DNA of 61,646 nucleotides, counting the filler. It is 5 parts of 5 records of this genome, joined end to end, with 100 filler letters (N's around TTAATTAATTAA, not from the genome) between each part and the next. Parts side by side here need not be neighbours in the genome. Positions count along the whole stretch, not along the records: positions 1 to 19,281 come from SRR31156797_5383; 4 more parts are not named here. One strand, 5' to 3'. The translations under genes were made by a program, and so were the position numbers. Shown here in pieces: positions 1-9,700 of the stretch. Position 1 is the stretch's first letter; each line of letters begins with the position of its first letter. The notes under the pieces were generated by a model, which saw nothing but the letters and a program-made list of their open reading frames with translations, had not been told where the DNA came from and made no database searches.

Positions 1-215
1 AAATTTCAAAAATACAAATTTAATTTCCGGGGCAGTTAAGGGTGTATACATTTTTCCAGAGGCGTGGCCTTTGGCAGGCACCTCCGCTGACTAGCTTCAG
101 CGCTCGTAGAAGCCTATGGCGACCGAAGGGTGTGAGATCGGAAGGGTGCTGTACCGATGACTCAGCTGGCGCTCCCCGCTCATATTGGGCCGTGGCTGTC
201 AACTCGATTTATTGA

Positions 216-1661
216 TCAGACCAGATCCTTAACAGAAAACCCCAATTTCAACATCCTGTCGGGTGTGAGGATTTCTTTCAGTTTATCAGCAGGTAAAAAC
301 TTCAAAGCCTGATTGGCCTCAAAAACATCCTCATCAAATTCCTTCATCCGCTGTGCCAGTTCTGTTGCTTTGTGATAGCCAACGTACGGATTGAGGGCTG
401 TACAAATTGCCGGACTCTGATAAACCGTTTGAGCAGATTTTTCATCATCAACCATTATTCCGGTGATCAGGTTTTCAGAGGTGGTTTTGCATGCGGCCTG
501 AAGCATTTTTATACTTTCGATCATGGCATGTCCTATCTGAGGAATGTAGGCATTGAGGTCGAGGGTGCCCTGACCGGCCAATGCCGAAATTAGCTGGTCG
601 TTGGCATAAACACGGTGTGCCGCACTAATTACGAATTCCGGAATAACGGGATTTACCTTCCCCGGCATGATGGAACTACCGACCTGTCGGGCAGGAATTT
701 TAACACGCTGCCCCTCCGAAATATCAGCAGCCATCAACCGTAAATCCGAAACCATTTTTTCGAGGTTTACAGCCAATGATTTCAAAATTGCATGCACTTC
801 AACCATCGTATCCTGGTTGGCAGTTACATCCACCATATTTTCTGATCTTGTCAGCGGAAGCCCGGTCAGTTTCTGCAGTTCTTTAATGGATTCCATGATA
901 AAAAATGTGGGAATGCCCAATCCGGTGCCTGCAGCGCCTCCACCCAAATTCACCAGCTTTAGCCTTTCAAAGCATTTCGAAATCCGCCACCAATCACGGG
1001 AGAACGCCTCTGAATATGCAGAAAACAGCCTTCCGTAGGATGAAGGAACCGCCTGCTGCATTTGGGTGTATGCCATTCTCAGGGTGTTGCGATATTTACC
1101 CTCCAGGCCTTCAATGCCATTTCGCAGGTCGTTGATGTTTGATTCCAGGCTGCCGAGCATATTCATCAACGTAATTTTCAGCGCCGTTGGGATCACATCA
1201 TTGGTGGATTGAAACACATTGGCATCTTCCACCGGGTCGAGCAAATCGTAATTTCCGGGCCTTTTACCCATATGCTTCAAGGCTGAGTTGGTGATGATTT
1301 CATTCACATTCATATTGATGCTGGTCCCGGCACCACCCTGAACTGCCGGTACGATAAAGTGCTCGAAGTAGTCACCCTGGCTCACTTCTGATGCAGCGGA
1401 TATCAATGCCCGTATTTTTTGATCATCCATCAATTCAAAAGTCATTTTTTGATCAGGATATTTGGCCAGGATCTCCTGACGAAATTGCTTGTACGTTTGA
1501 TAGCAGGCCAGTTTAACCGTCCCAACATGTTTATACCATTCCTTTTGAAATGGTGTATCATCCGGAAAGTTTTCTTTTGCTCTGAGACTATGGATACCAT
1601 AAAGGGCCGTAGCAGGGACTTCTATCTCGCCCAAAAAATCCATTTCTTTTCTTGTACTCAT
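216..1661 (-). CDS. aspA: Aspartate ammonia-lyase family (fumarase/aspartase superfamily)
   Basis: GSSIMPGKVNP signature, QGGAGTSINMN and QSTNDVIPTA motifs; the usual GRTHLQDA motif has diverged to AYTQMQQA. Confidence 0.8.
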   Translation of the reverse strand: MSTRKEMDFLGEIEVPATALYGIHSLRAKENFPDDTPFQKEWYKHVGTVKLACYQTYKQFRQEILAKYPDQKMTFELMDDQKIRALISAASEVSQGDYFEHFIVPAVQGGAGTSINMNVNEIITNSALKHMGKRPGNYDLLDPVEDANVFQSTNDVIPTALKITLMNMLGSLESNINDLRNGIEGLEGKYRNTLRMAYTQMQQAVPSSYGRLFSAYSEAFSRDWWRISKCFERLKLVNLGGGAAGTGLGIPTFFIMESIKELQKLTGLPLTRSENMVDVTANQDTMVEVHAILKSLAVNLEKMVSDLRLMAADISEGQRVKIPARQVGSSIMPGKVNPVIPEFVISAAHRVYANDQLISALAGQGTLDLNAYIPQIGHAMIESIKMLQAACKTTSENLITGIMVDDEKSAQTVYQSPAICTALNPYVGYHKATELAQRMKEFDEDVFEANQALKFLPADKLKEILTPDRMLKLGFSVKDLV

Positions 1662-1678
1662 GTGACAACAATTAGGTG

Positions 1679-1710
1679 TATTTTCGCTTACTTATTTTTA
1701 ACCAAAAGTA
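1679..1710. promoter_or_regulatory. Divergent Bacteroidota -7 promoter elements
   Basis: TACTTTTG on the minus strand (1703-1710) before aspA and TATTTTCG on the plus strand (1679-1686) before hypF; consensus is TAnnTTTG. Confidence 0.5.
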
Positions 1711-1730
1711 CATTTTCTAAAATTGATTTT

Positions 1731-3986
1731 TTGAAGACGAAAAAAATTGCATATCGGATTCATGTTGCCGGCCTCGTACAGGGTGTGGGTTTCAGGCCGT
1801 TTATTTACAGAATTGCCCATGAAAAAAATGTGCTGGGCCGGGTAGAAAACAACATCCGGGGTGTGATCATTGAAGCGGAAGGCGAAGAATCAAACGTCAG
1901 GAACTTCATTGAAGATATCTCAAAAAAAGCACCTCCGGCATCTGCCATCGAAAGCATCAAGGTCGAGGAAATTGATACGGCTGATTTTATCGATTTCAGA
2001 ATTAAGCAAAGTACAGACGCTGCGGAAGGAATAACGGAAATCAGTCCCGATATTGCCATCTGTGATGATTGCCTCGATGACATGAAGTCTCAGCCTCATC
2101 GTGTTGCTTATCCTTTTACCAACTGTACCAACTGTGGCCCCCGTTTTACAATCATCAGGGACCTGCCATACGATCGCAATAAAACCACCATGGATGTTTT
2201 TGAGATGTGTGGGCAATGCAAAAAAGAATACACAGATGTTCTGGATCGCCGGTTTCATGCGCAGCCCGTAGCCTGCAACCATTGTGGCCCGGAATATGAA
2301 CTCCATTTTGAAGGTGGGGTTTTTAAAAGTTTTGATGACATCTTACAAAAAACCGTTGAGCTGGTAGAGACAGGAAAAATCGTTGCCATAAAAGGCCTGG
2401 GCGGTTTCCACCTGATGTGTGATGCGATGAATGAAAATGCTGTTTCAACTTTACGTGAGCGGAAACTTCGTGAAGGTAAACCCTTTGCGGTGATGTTTGC
2501 TGATAGTCAAAAAGCCGGTGAATTCACTGAGATTTCGGTTGCGGAAAAATCCTTGCTGGAATCCTGGCGCAGGCCCATCGTTTTGCTAAAATCGAAAAAG
2601 GAACCGGCGCCATCTGTAAACAATGGCTTCCATCGTATGGGCGTAATGTTGCCTTACATGCCCTTTCATCACCAGTTGATGGAAAAACTGAGCACCCCGG
2701 CCGTTGTGCTCACCAGCGGGAACATTTCGGACGAGCCCATTATTCTGGACAATGGCCTGGCTTACAAAAATTTATCAGAAATTGCGGATGCTTTCCTGGT
2801 TTATAATCGTGAAATTTATAACCGGACAGATGATTCGGTAAGTTTTGTTGTTAACGACAAGCCATCGCTCATCAGACGGTCGCGGGGTTTTGTTCCATCG
2901 CCTGTCCGGACCAAGCTAAATGTTGATGGCATTTTTGCTGCCGGATCAGAGTTGGTCAATTGTTTCGCTATCGGTAAGGAAAACCTGGCCATCATAAGCC
3001 AACACATCGGAGACCTGAAAAATTATGAAACCTTCCATTTTTACGAAGAAACGATCGATAAATTCCGAAAGCTTTTCAGGGTAAAACCAACCCTGGCAGC
3101 CGTTGACATGCACCCCGATTATTTCTCCACCCGATTTGCGAAAGCGATGGGAGTTGAAACCATCGAAATTCAGCATCATTTTGCGCATATCGCTTCCTGT
3201 ATGGCAGAGCATGGGCTGAATGAAAGAGTAATTGGTGTTAGCCTGGATGGTACAGGGCTGGGTGATGATGGCAACATCTGGGGTGGCGAATTCCTGATTT
3301 GCGACCTCGAAAATTACCAGCGCTATACCCATTTCGATTACATTCCGCTTCCCGGCGGCGACAAAGTGACCAAAGAACCCTGGCGCACAGGGTTGTCATA
3401 CCTGTATCATACTTTTGGAAATGAAGCCCCAGGATTGGGATTAGATTTCCTTCGGAAGATTCCTGAAATGAAATCAAGGATGGTTTTGGAAGCCATCGAT
3501 AAAAACATCAACGTACCTTTGAGCTCAAGTTGCGGGCGGCTGTTTGATGCTGTGAGTGCACTGATCAATCTTTGCGCTGTTTCAAAATTTCATGCAGAGG
3601 CACCCATGCGACTGGAAAGCATTTTAGACGAAAGCGTTTCAACATCCTATCCTTTTGATTTTAATCAAACACTTGATTTTCGACCGATGATCAGGGAAAT
3701 CGTAAAGGACATGAAAAGCAATGTCAACAGATCCATGATTTCAGCAAAGTTTCACAATGCCATGGTTAAAGTAATCCTTATGGTCGCCCATCGCATATCG
3801 GCTGATACCGGAATCAAAAAAGTGGTACTCTCCGGCGGATCATTTCAAAATGCTTTCATGCTTGGGAAAAGTGAACGCGAGTTAACAGAAAAGGGATTTG
3901 AGGTTTACACCCATCAGGCGGTTCCGGCAAATGATGCTGGTATTGCCCTGGGGCAAATGGTGGTCGCCGCCAGACTGCGAAGGTAG
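1731..3986 (+). CDS. hypF: Carbamoyltransferase HypF, [NiFe]-hydrogenase maturation
   Basis: Acylphosphatase VQGVGFRPF, two CxxC-x18-CxxC zinc fingers, KGLGGFHL, QHHFAH, DGTGLGDDG and PANDAGIALGQ motifs. Start moved to TTG 1731 to avoid overlapping aspA. Confidence 0.95.
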   Translation: MKTKKIAYRIHVAGLVQGVGFRPFIYRIAHEKNVLGRVENNIRGVIIEAEGEESNVRNFIEDISKKAPPASAIESIKVEEIDTADFIDFRIKQSTDAAEGITEISPDIAICDDCLDDMKSQPHRVAYPFTNCTNCGPRFTIIRDLPYDRNKTTMDVFEMCGQCKKEYTDVLDRRFHAQPVACNHCGPEYELHFEGGVFKSFDDILQKTVELVETGKIVAIKGLGGFHLMCDAMNENAVSTLRERKLREGKPFAVMFADSQKAGEFTEISVAEKSLLESWRRPIVLLKSKKEPAPSVNNGFHRMGVMLPYMPFHHQLMEKLSTPAVVLTSGNISDEPIILDNGLAYKNLSEIADAFLVYNREIYNRTDDSVSFVVNDKPSLIRRSRGFVPSPVRTKLNVDGIFAAGSELVNCFAIGKENLAIISQHIGDLKNYETFHFYEETIDKFRKLFRVKPTLAAVDMHPDYFSTRFAKAMGVETIEIQHHFAHIASCMAEHGLNERVIGVSLDGTGLGDDGNIWGGEFLICDLENYQRYTHFDYIPLPGGDKVTKEPWRTGLSYLYHTFGNEAPGLGLDFLRKIPEMKSRMVLEAIDKNINVPLSSSCGRLFDAVSALINLCAVSKFHAEAPMRLESILDESVSTSYPFDFNQTLDFRPMIREIVKDMKSNVNRSMISAKFHNAMVKVILMVAHRISADTGIKKVVLSGGSFQNAFMLGKSERELTEKGFEVYTHQAVPANDAGIALGQMVVAARLRR

Positions 3987-4100
3987 GTTATTTGTTATGG
4001 GTTAAAAAGTATAACCCGGGGTGATATGGAAAGTTACGCGTTACTGATTAAAACGACTTAAGATTAGTCTTTGACGAGGCAGGCCGCCGACTCCCTTCTG

Positions 4101-4499
4101 CTAATAATTCGGAGCTGCTCCCCAGAAGTTGGTGTTTTCTTCGGCGTCCTTACCAAAGGATTTGGTGGTTTTTTCGCCGATTACATAAGTCGCCTTTTCG
4201 CCGGCCATTTGTGAAAACAGCACTTCATATTCTTCTCCCACTTCCAGCATCATCACGCGAGTGTATTTTTTCTTGTCTTTTTCAACCATGAGGTCTGCAT
4301 GGCAAACCGGGCAGTAAAAGTCAACATGCTCACCTATTTTGATTTCGAATTCAGGATGCTTAAGTGCCCTGTAATCTCCAAGATCCGGGGTTAACAGGAT
4401 CAGCCCGCGCTGGCCTGAATCGGTTTTGGCGGATAAAACTATACGTTCGTTTACGTAAACCTGGCTGTGACAGAATGGACAATGAAATCTTTTTTCCAT
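4101..4499 (-). CDS. Small hypothetical protein with two CPxC motifs (probable zinc binding)
   Basis: ATG 4499 (MEKRFHCPFC...YCPVCH); canonical TATCTTTG promoter at 4565-4572 on the minus strand. Confidence 0.75.
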   Translation of the reverse strand: MEKRFHCPFCHSQVYVNERIVLSAKTDSGQRGLILLTPDLGDYRALKHPEFEIKIGEHVDFYCPVCHADLMVEKDKKKYTRVMMLEVGEEYEVLFSQMAGEKATYVIGEKTTKSFGKDAEENTNFWGAAPNY

Positions 4500-4872
4500 A
4501 ATAATATTTGTGTTGTTAATTGTTTTGTGCGACCTGCCGGCCCACCGATCTGATGTTGAATCTGCAAAGATAAAGTGAAAACCCTCCAAACCAAAACACC
4601 AACACGCTGATTTAACGCAATATTAACGTTGATTTTTTTGGCATTACCCACCGAAGCTTTTGGGAAGGAAAAGTTTTTCGTTATTCCCAACATTCTCCCC
4701 GAAATTTCAGGAGTATTCATTTCATGGACTTATTTGTGCGTCATCTTTTTCCTCCTTCCTGATGTCAGTATTTTCTCAGAACAGATTCGCGCAGCATGGT
4801 GAGTTGTTTTTCAATCTGTGCAAATCCCGAAAATGTATGATATTTGTATCCATACTTTATAATCTGAAGCAA

Positions 4873-5781
4873 ATGTCAAAATTGAATTTAAAACCCATAA
4901 CCGGTTTCTTCATCTTTATTTTCCTGGCGATCGGCCTGACAGCCCAGACAGAGTTTCTGTACAATCTTGATGAACCCATTAAAAAAATCTACCTCCCATC
5001 CATTCTTGAGGAGGTTTCCGGCCAGGCCCTGATCAACGATGAGATTATCATTTTTATCCAGGATGAGGAAGGAGATCTGTTTTTTTACGATCTTAAGGAA
5101 GAACGTATTATTAAACGCGTGGATTTTGGTAAGGATGCTGATTACGAAGATGTGGCTCTAGTAGGAAATCAGGTGTATGTCCTTCGGAGCAATGGTATGC
5201 TTTTCAGGCTAAAAAACTATGAAGACGAAAACGAGATCAAAACCAGGGAAATTGAAACCCGGCTCTCCAAGAAAAATAATTGTGAGGGACTGACCTATGA
5301 TCCCGTTGAAAACCGGCTCCTCATCGCCCTTAAAGGGGATCCCGAAGTGGATGATGATCAGGATTTTGACGGTTATAAAGCCATTTATGCTTATGATTTT
5401 GAAAAAGAGAAAGTCTCAAAAAAACCTGCATACCTGATTGAACTGAAGAAGATCAAAAATCTCGAAAACGCATCCCTTTATGAAAAGTGGTCGCACAAAA
5501 TTGCAGAGACTTTTGAAGAATCCGGGGATATACGCTTTCAGCCATCAGCTATTGCAATCCACCCCATAACCGATCAGATTTATATCCTTGCTTCAGTTGG
5601 AAAAGCGTTGGTAGTCATGGATAGAAGCGGGGAGCTGGTATCGATACATCAACTGGATAAGTGGCGTTTTGTGCAGCCGGAAGGCATTGCTTTCGGTGCT
5701 GATGGAACTTTGTATATTTCCAGTGAAGGCGATGGCGGCAACGGTACGTTGATGATTTTTGAGATGGAAGGTGAGCGCTGA
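4873..5781 (+). CDS. SdiA-regulated/YjiK-like secreted beta-propeller protein
   Basis: Signal peptide from ATG 4873; LEEVSG, IQDEEG, DYEDV, NCEGL, FQPSAIA and QPEGIAF blade motifs. Confidence 0.8.
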   Translation: MSKLNLKPITGFFIFIFLAIGLTAQTEFLYNLDEPIKKIYLPSILEEVSGQALINDEIIIFIQDEEGDLFFYDLKEERIIKRVDFGKDADYEDVALVGNQVYVLRSNGMLFRLKNYEDENEIKTREIETRLSKKNNCEGLTYDPVENRLLIALKGDPEVDDDQDFDGYKAIYAYDFEKEKVSKKPAYLIELKKIKNLENASLYEKWSHKIAETFEESGDIRFQPSAIAIHPITDQIYILASVGKALVVMDRSGELVSIHQLDKWRFVQPEGIAFGADGTLYISSEGDGGNGTLMIFEMEGER

Positions 5782-5888
5782 GTTTTTAGTTGTGAGTTTT
5801 GAGTAGTGAGTTATGAGTTTGGAAATCAGGATCCCCCTCAATTCTTTGTCACACTAATGACTTCTTACTTTTTACTTCATTCTTCCTA
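5779..5888. repeat. Two 7-nt-period tandem arrays between convergent genes
   Basis: TGAGTTT-type unit x6 at 5779-5820; CTTyyTA-type unit x4 at 5861-5888. Confidence 0.8.
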
Positions 5889-5902
5889 CTGAAGCCTGTC
5901 GA

Positions 5903-6685
5903 CTACTTTTTTCCTGCTTTTCCCTTTACCAACAAAGAAACCCCGAGATTATGATGACCGCCGTTAACAATCAGATGCCAACCATTTTTTTGCATATATC
6001 GCCTGATGAAATGATTTAAAAAACCATGGGCCACAAGAACAACTTTGTTTTCTTTCATTGCCCTCATCTCAAGAAATTCTGCTGCATATTCAGCACGTCC
6101 CCTGGCTTCTTTGTAGGTTTCGCCCTGCCCGTTTCCGGCACCCAGCATCCACTCAATGGATGACAATACGCTCCAGGTTCCCAGGTTGAATCTTACCACA
6201 GGAAGTGGCACCATGTCTTTTTTGAATTCGTTAAAAAAAGCATATTTTTCCAGAGGTATTTCCGGGCCAAACATTTGCCGGGCTGTACTATTGGTTCTTA
6301 GCAGCTGACTACAGTAGATTTTCTCAATTTCACTTTCACGTAAATGAACCGGGCAGATTTCTACCGGAAAAATAGCAGTGGTATCGTAGGTTTTATAATA
6401 CCGATTGGCTTCCCGGTAGGTGTAATTGCGCTGCTTGGGCAGATTTACTTTCTGGTGGCGGATGATCATCACCTGGATAATTTCCACACCTGCTTCATTG
6501 TACAGCCTATCTGCATCAATAAATGAAATCCTTTTCCCTCCGGGCTCAACCGGTTGCCTGATTTCACTAAAATGGGATCTTAACTGAATTATTAAAGCTT
6601 TGTCCAATTCCTGTGCTGTTGAAACAAGGCTCAAAAATAAAGCCATTGAAAAGATGATATATCGTAAAAATGCAATCAATCGCAA
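5903..6685 (-). CDS. Histidine phosphatase superfamily protein, probably exported
   Basis: IIRH motif, CSQLLRT, FFNE and LVAHG; N-terminal signal peptide. Confidence 0.75.
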   Translation of the reverse strand: MRLIAFLRYIIFSMALFLSLVSTAQELDKALIIQLRSHFSEIRQPVEPGGKRISFIDADRLYNEAGVEIIQVMIIRHQKVNLPKQRNYTYREANRYYKTYDTTAIFPVEICPVHLRESEIEKIYCSQLLRTNSTARQMFGPEIPLEKYAFFNEFKKDMVPLPVVRFNLGTWSVLSSIEWMLGAGNGQGETYKEARGRAEYAAEFLEMRAMKENKVVLVAHGFLNHFIRRYMQKNGWHLIVNGGHHNLGVSLLVKGKAGKK

Positions 6686-6705
6686 AAAGTTATTAAACGC
6701 CGGAT

Positions 6706-9700
6706 CTAAAATAGATAACTCAGCCTCAGATTTACATAGGTTTCTTCTGCCGACATGTTCAGGTTAACGGTGAATGTAAGCATCTCATATGGGGTCATCC
6801 ACACTCCGAGGCCATAGCCATTGTGCCAACTGTCAGAATCCTCATATTTCAACCATACCCTGCCAATATCATGAAATCCCAGCAGCCCCACATTCCCGTT
6901 TACCAGATAAGTGTTCAGATGAAACAGCCTGAGGCGCAATTCGGTATTTTGATAAAATGCGGCATCACCCGTAAATCGGTTTGCCCGAAACCCCCGCAGA
7001 TTGGTTTTGTCGCCAAGGCCCTGGGCCATGTAAAACGGGTACTCCCCCCAGTTTTTACCGCCGCCAAAACGCAATGCCAGGATCATGCGCGGGTCTTTCC
7101 TGAAGCTCAGGTAAAGGCTCAGGTCGGACGATAATTCGGTAAAATCACCGGAATAACCATTCAGGCCAAACATTCTACGGGCACTAACATTCCAGTGAAT
7201 ACCCCTTGTGGGGAAATCTTCATCATCCCTGTTGTCGTATTCAACCCTTGCAGTTGCTCCTGCCAGGTACTGGTCCAGAAATATATCCTCAGTTAGGCCA
7301 TTGTTCTCCAGGTCATCGATAAATCTTCCTTCAGTCCGCTCAACCTTCCCAAAGATAAAACTTGCACCCAGATATGTTTCCAGGTTTTTGTTGATGGATT
7401 TCCTGAGCATGGGGCGTAAAAGTGCATAATGATACCTTACCCGGTAATACTCCCTGTCGAGATCACCACCCAGATCGGCATCATTTTCGGTTTCATTGCC
7501 CAAACCATAAAAATTACCGACAACGTTGGGAGCTGAAACATCTGCATCGATCACCAGATCGAGACTGCGGATAAATGATGAAATAAGGCCGGTATAACGA
7601 ATATTAAAGGCATCGGTTTCGTAGGCGTAATTCCCGATGATGCGGTGAAAAGTGGAATCCCTGAAATTGTAGCGTTTGATATAAACCCCGCCGCCAATAA
7701 AAACACCATCGTCAACCGAATACCCAAAATAAGCCAGTGGCACAACCACATTGTATTTAAAGAGTTCACGGTCGTATTTATTCACACCTTTCCGGTTCGT
7801 AATGAGGTTTTTGGTTTCGCGGCTGCTGATCAGTATATTGTTTTTGTCTTTTTTATCATACACAAGGGTTTTCTTTCCCGGGCCGCGAACCCGCGAATTA
7901 TCGATGATGGTATCTTTACCTTTTCCCCCGATTACACGTATTTTTAGTCCCTTGTTCACATCCCCATTGATCACAAATTTGTCTTTGTCTTTTCGGCCAT
8001 AAACCCTGATCTCTTTGGTTTCGTTGTGTTTAAAAGTCCGTTGGTAAAAAATCCCTTTTCGTTTACCTTTTTTCTGGCTCAGTTCCCACGCTGTTACCCG
8101 GGTTTCATTATCGTTTAAGCGTTCAATTTCAAACAGGTCACGATCGTCCGTGCCTGGGATGTCAACGGATTTGGCCAGAAACATGTAATGCGCATCGGCA
8201 AATTCAACGATCTTATCTCTACGGGCTTTTAAGATTGAAATCGTCTCTTCACCCGAAATTCCAAAAATACTTTCAGGCAGGCCGGTTGTAATGGCTTCTT
8301 CAATCACCTCGTCCGTGAGATTTTGTTGCATTTTCCGGGCAGCTATTTCCCACTCCTCCCTTGTTGTTTGGTTCAGGAAACTGCGATCGAAATAGCGGGC
8401 GTTGAAATTAAATCCCGGGATAAATTTTGTTTCCGGCCTGAAACCCTGGAATTTGGGTTGCATCCATCTCCTGCGTACTACCCAGTTCACCGGCCCTTCC
8501 GAAACGAAATAGGTTTGGTCACGGTCTCGTGGAATGGGTTGGTAGATGGTAATATCTTCCTTGTCGAACTCCGCCCATCGCCACTGATCATCGTGTCGGT
8601 CCCAGTCGGCGATGACCATATCCAGCAACCTTGCCCTCAAAACAGCCTGCTGGTCAACCCTGTGGTCATGTTTGTTTTCCAGTTTTTTCAAAACCTTGGC
8701 AGTGGATTCAACCTCCTCAGGCCTTCCGAAACTGGCAACGTCAGAGCGGTCGCCGGCAGGGCGTTCCTCGTAGAGATACAGTTTATTGGCCATCTCCTTC
8801 CTGTAGATGCCCAGAGCGGGATCGTCGGGCACATACACAATTTGTGGATTGGTGTGGTAAACGCCTGCAGCATCAGCCAAAATTGGAACGGTGAGTGCAC
8901 CATAAGGATGCGATTGCGAAATGCCGTCCTGGACAATATCCACTGCAACTGTTCCATGCAATTCATCTGGCAGGGCACCTTCAACGTATTTTTCCACACT
9001 ACGCAACACATATTGCCGCTCATCGGCAGCTTCGAGCCTAACGGACTTGGTTTGCTGTCCGCCTCCGCGCTTAAGAATTTCAAGCCCACCATGCTCCTTT
9101 TTTATGTCGAACACCTTAAACGGCACATCGGTACTCCATTCTCTGCGGTAGTTTTCTCCTTTTAAAAACCGCGAGAAATTACCCACTTCGTACTGGTAGC
9201 TGGCACCCCTTACCACGGTGCTGTCGGCATAGTCAGGCCTTTCACCAAATATTTCCGTGCCAGGCTGATTAACAGTCTTATTATAAAGTTTGGTGCTGAA
9301 AATGATCTTACCCAGCGGGTTATCTTTTTCAGGCTTGATGAAATCCAAAATAACATCGCCGTTTTCATAAAAATTCAACCTACCAACCCCGATGGAACTG
9401 TATGCGAAATCATATTTGTAATTTCCTGCTGAATAATCAGATGTGGTTGCACTACCGCTCACGATATGATGCAAGCCTTCCCGGAAAGTATATTGCAGGT
9501 TGTAGTCATGTGCCGAAATGTAGGTGATGTTATCGTAATTTTTAAACAATGTGGACAATGATTTTCTAAGCTCTTTGTATTCCGGATGGGCCAAATCCTG
9601 GGGTGTTCCCATAAATTTTCGCCCTCCTGTGTATAAAAATCCCGGCAAGGGTATCCAGAGATATTTATTGATATCAAGAAGGGGGAACAGGTTTTCTTCA

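Noticed and set aside
1419-1730. 104-aa N-terminal extension of HypF in the ORF track
   Set aside because: It overlaps aspA on the opposite strand; HypF similarity starts at TTG 1731.
4603-4650. CGCTGATTTAAC resembling the start of a SAM-II riboswitch
   Set aside because: The closing stem and GCTAAA pseudoknot segment are absent, and no methionine or SAM gene follows.
8323-9165. Long antisense ORFs (also 21802-22572, 25810-26490 and others)
   Set aside because: They are shadow frames of well-supported genes and show no recognisable motifs.
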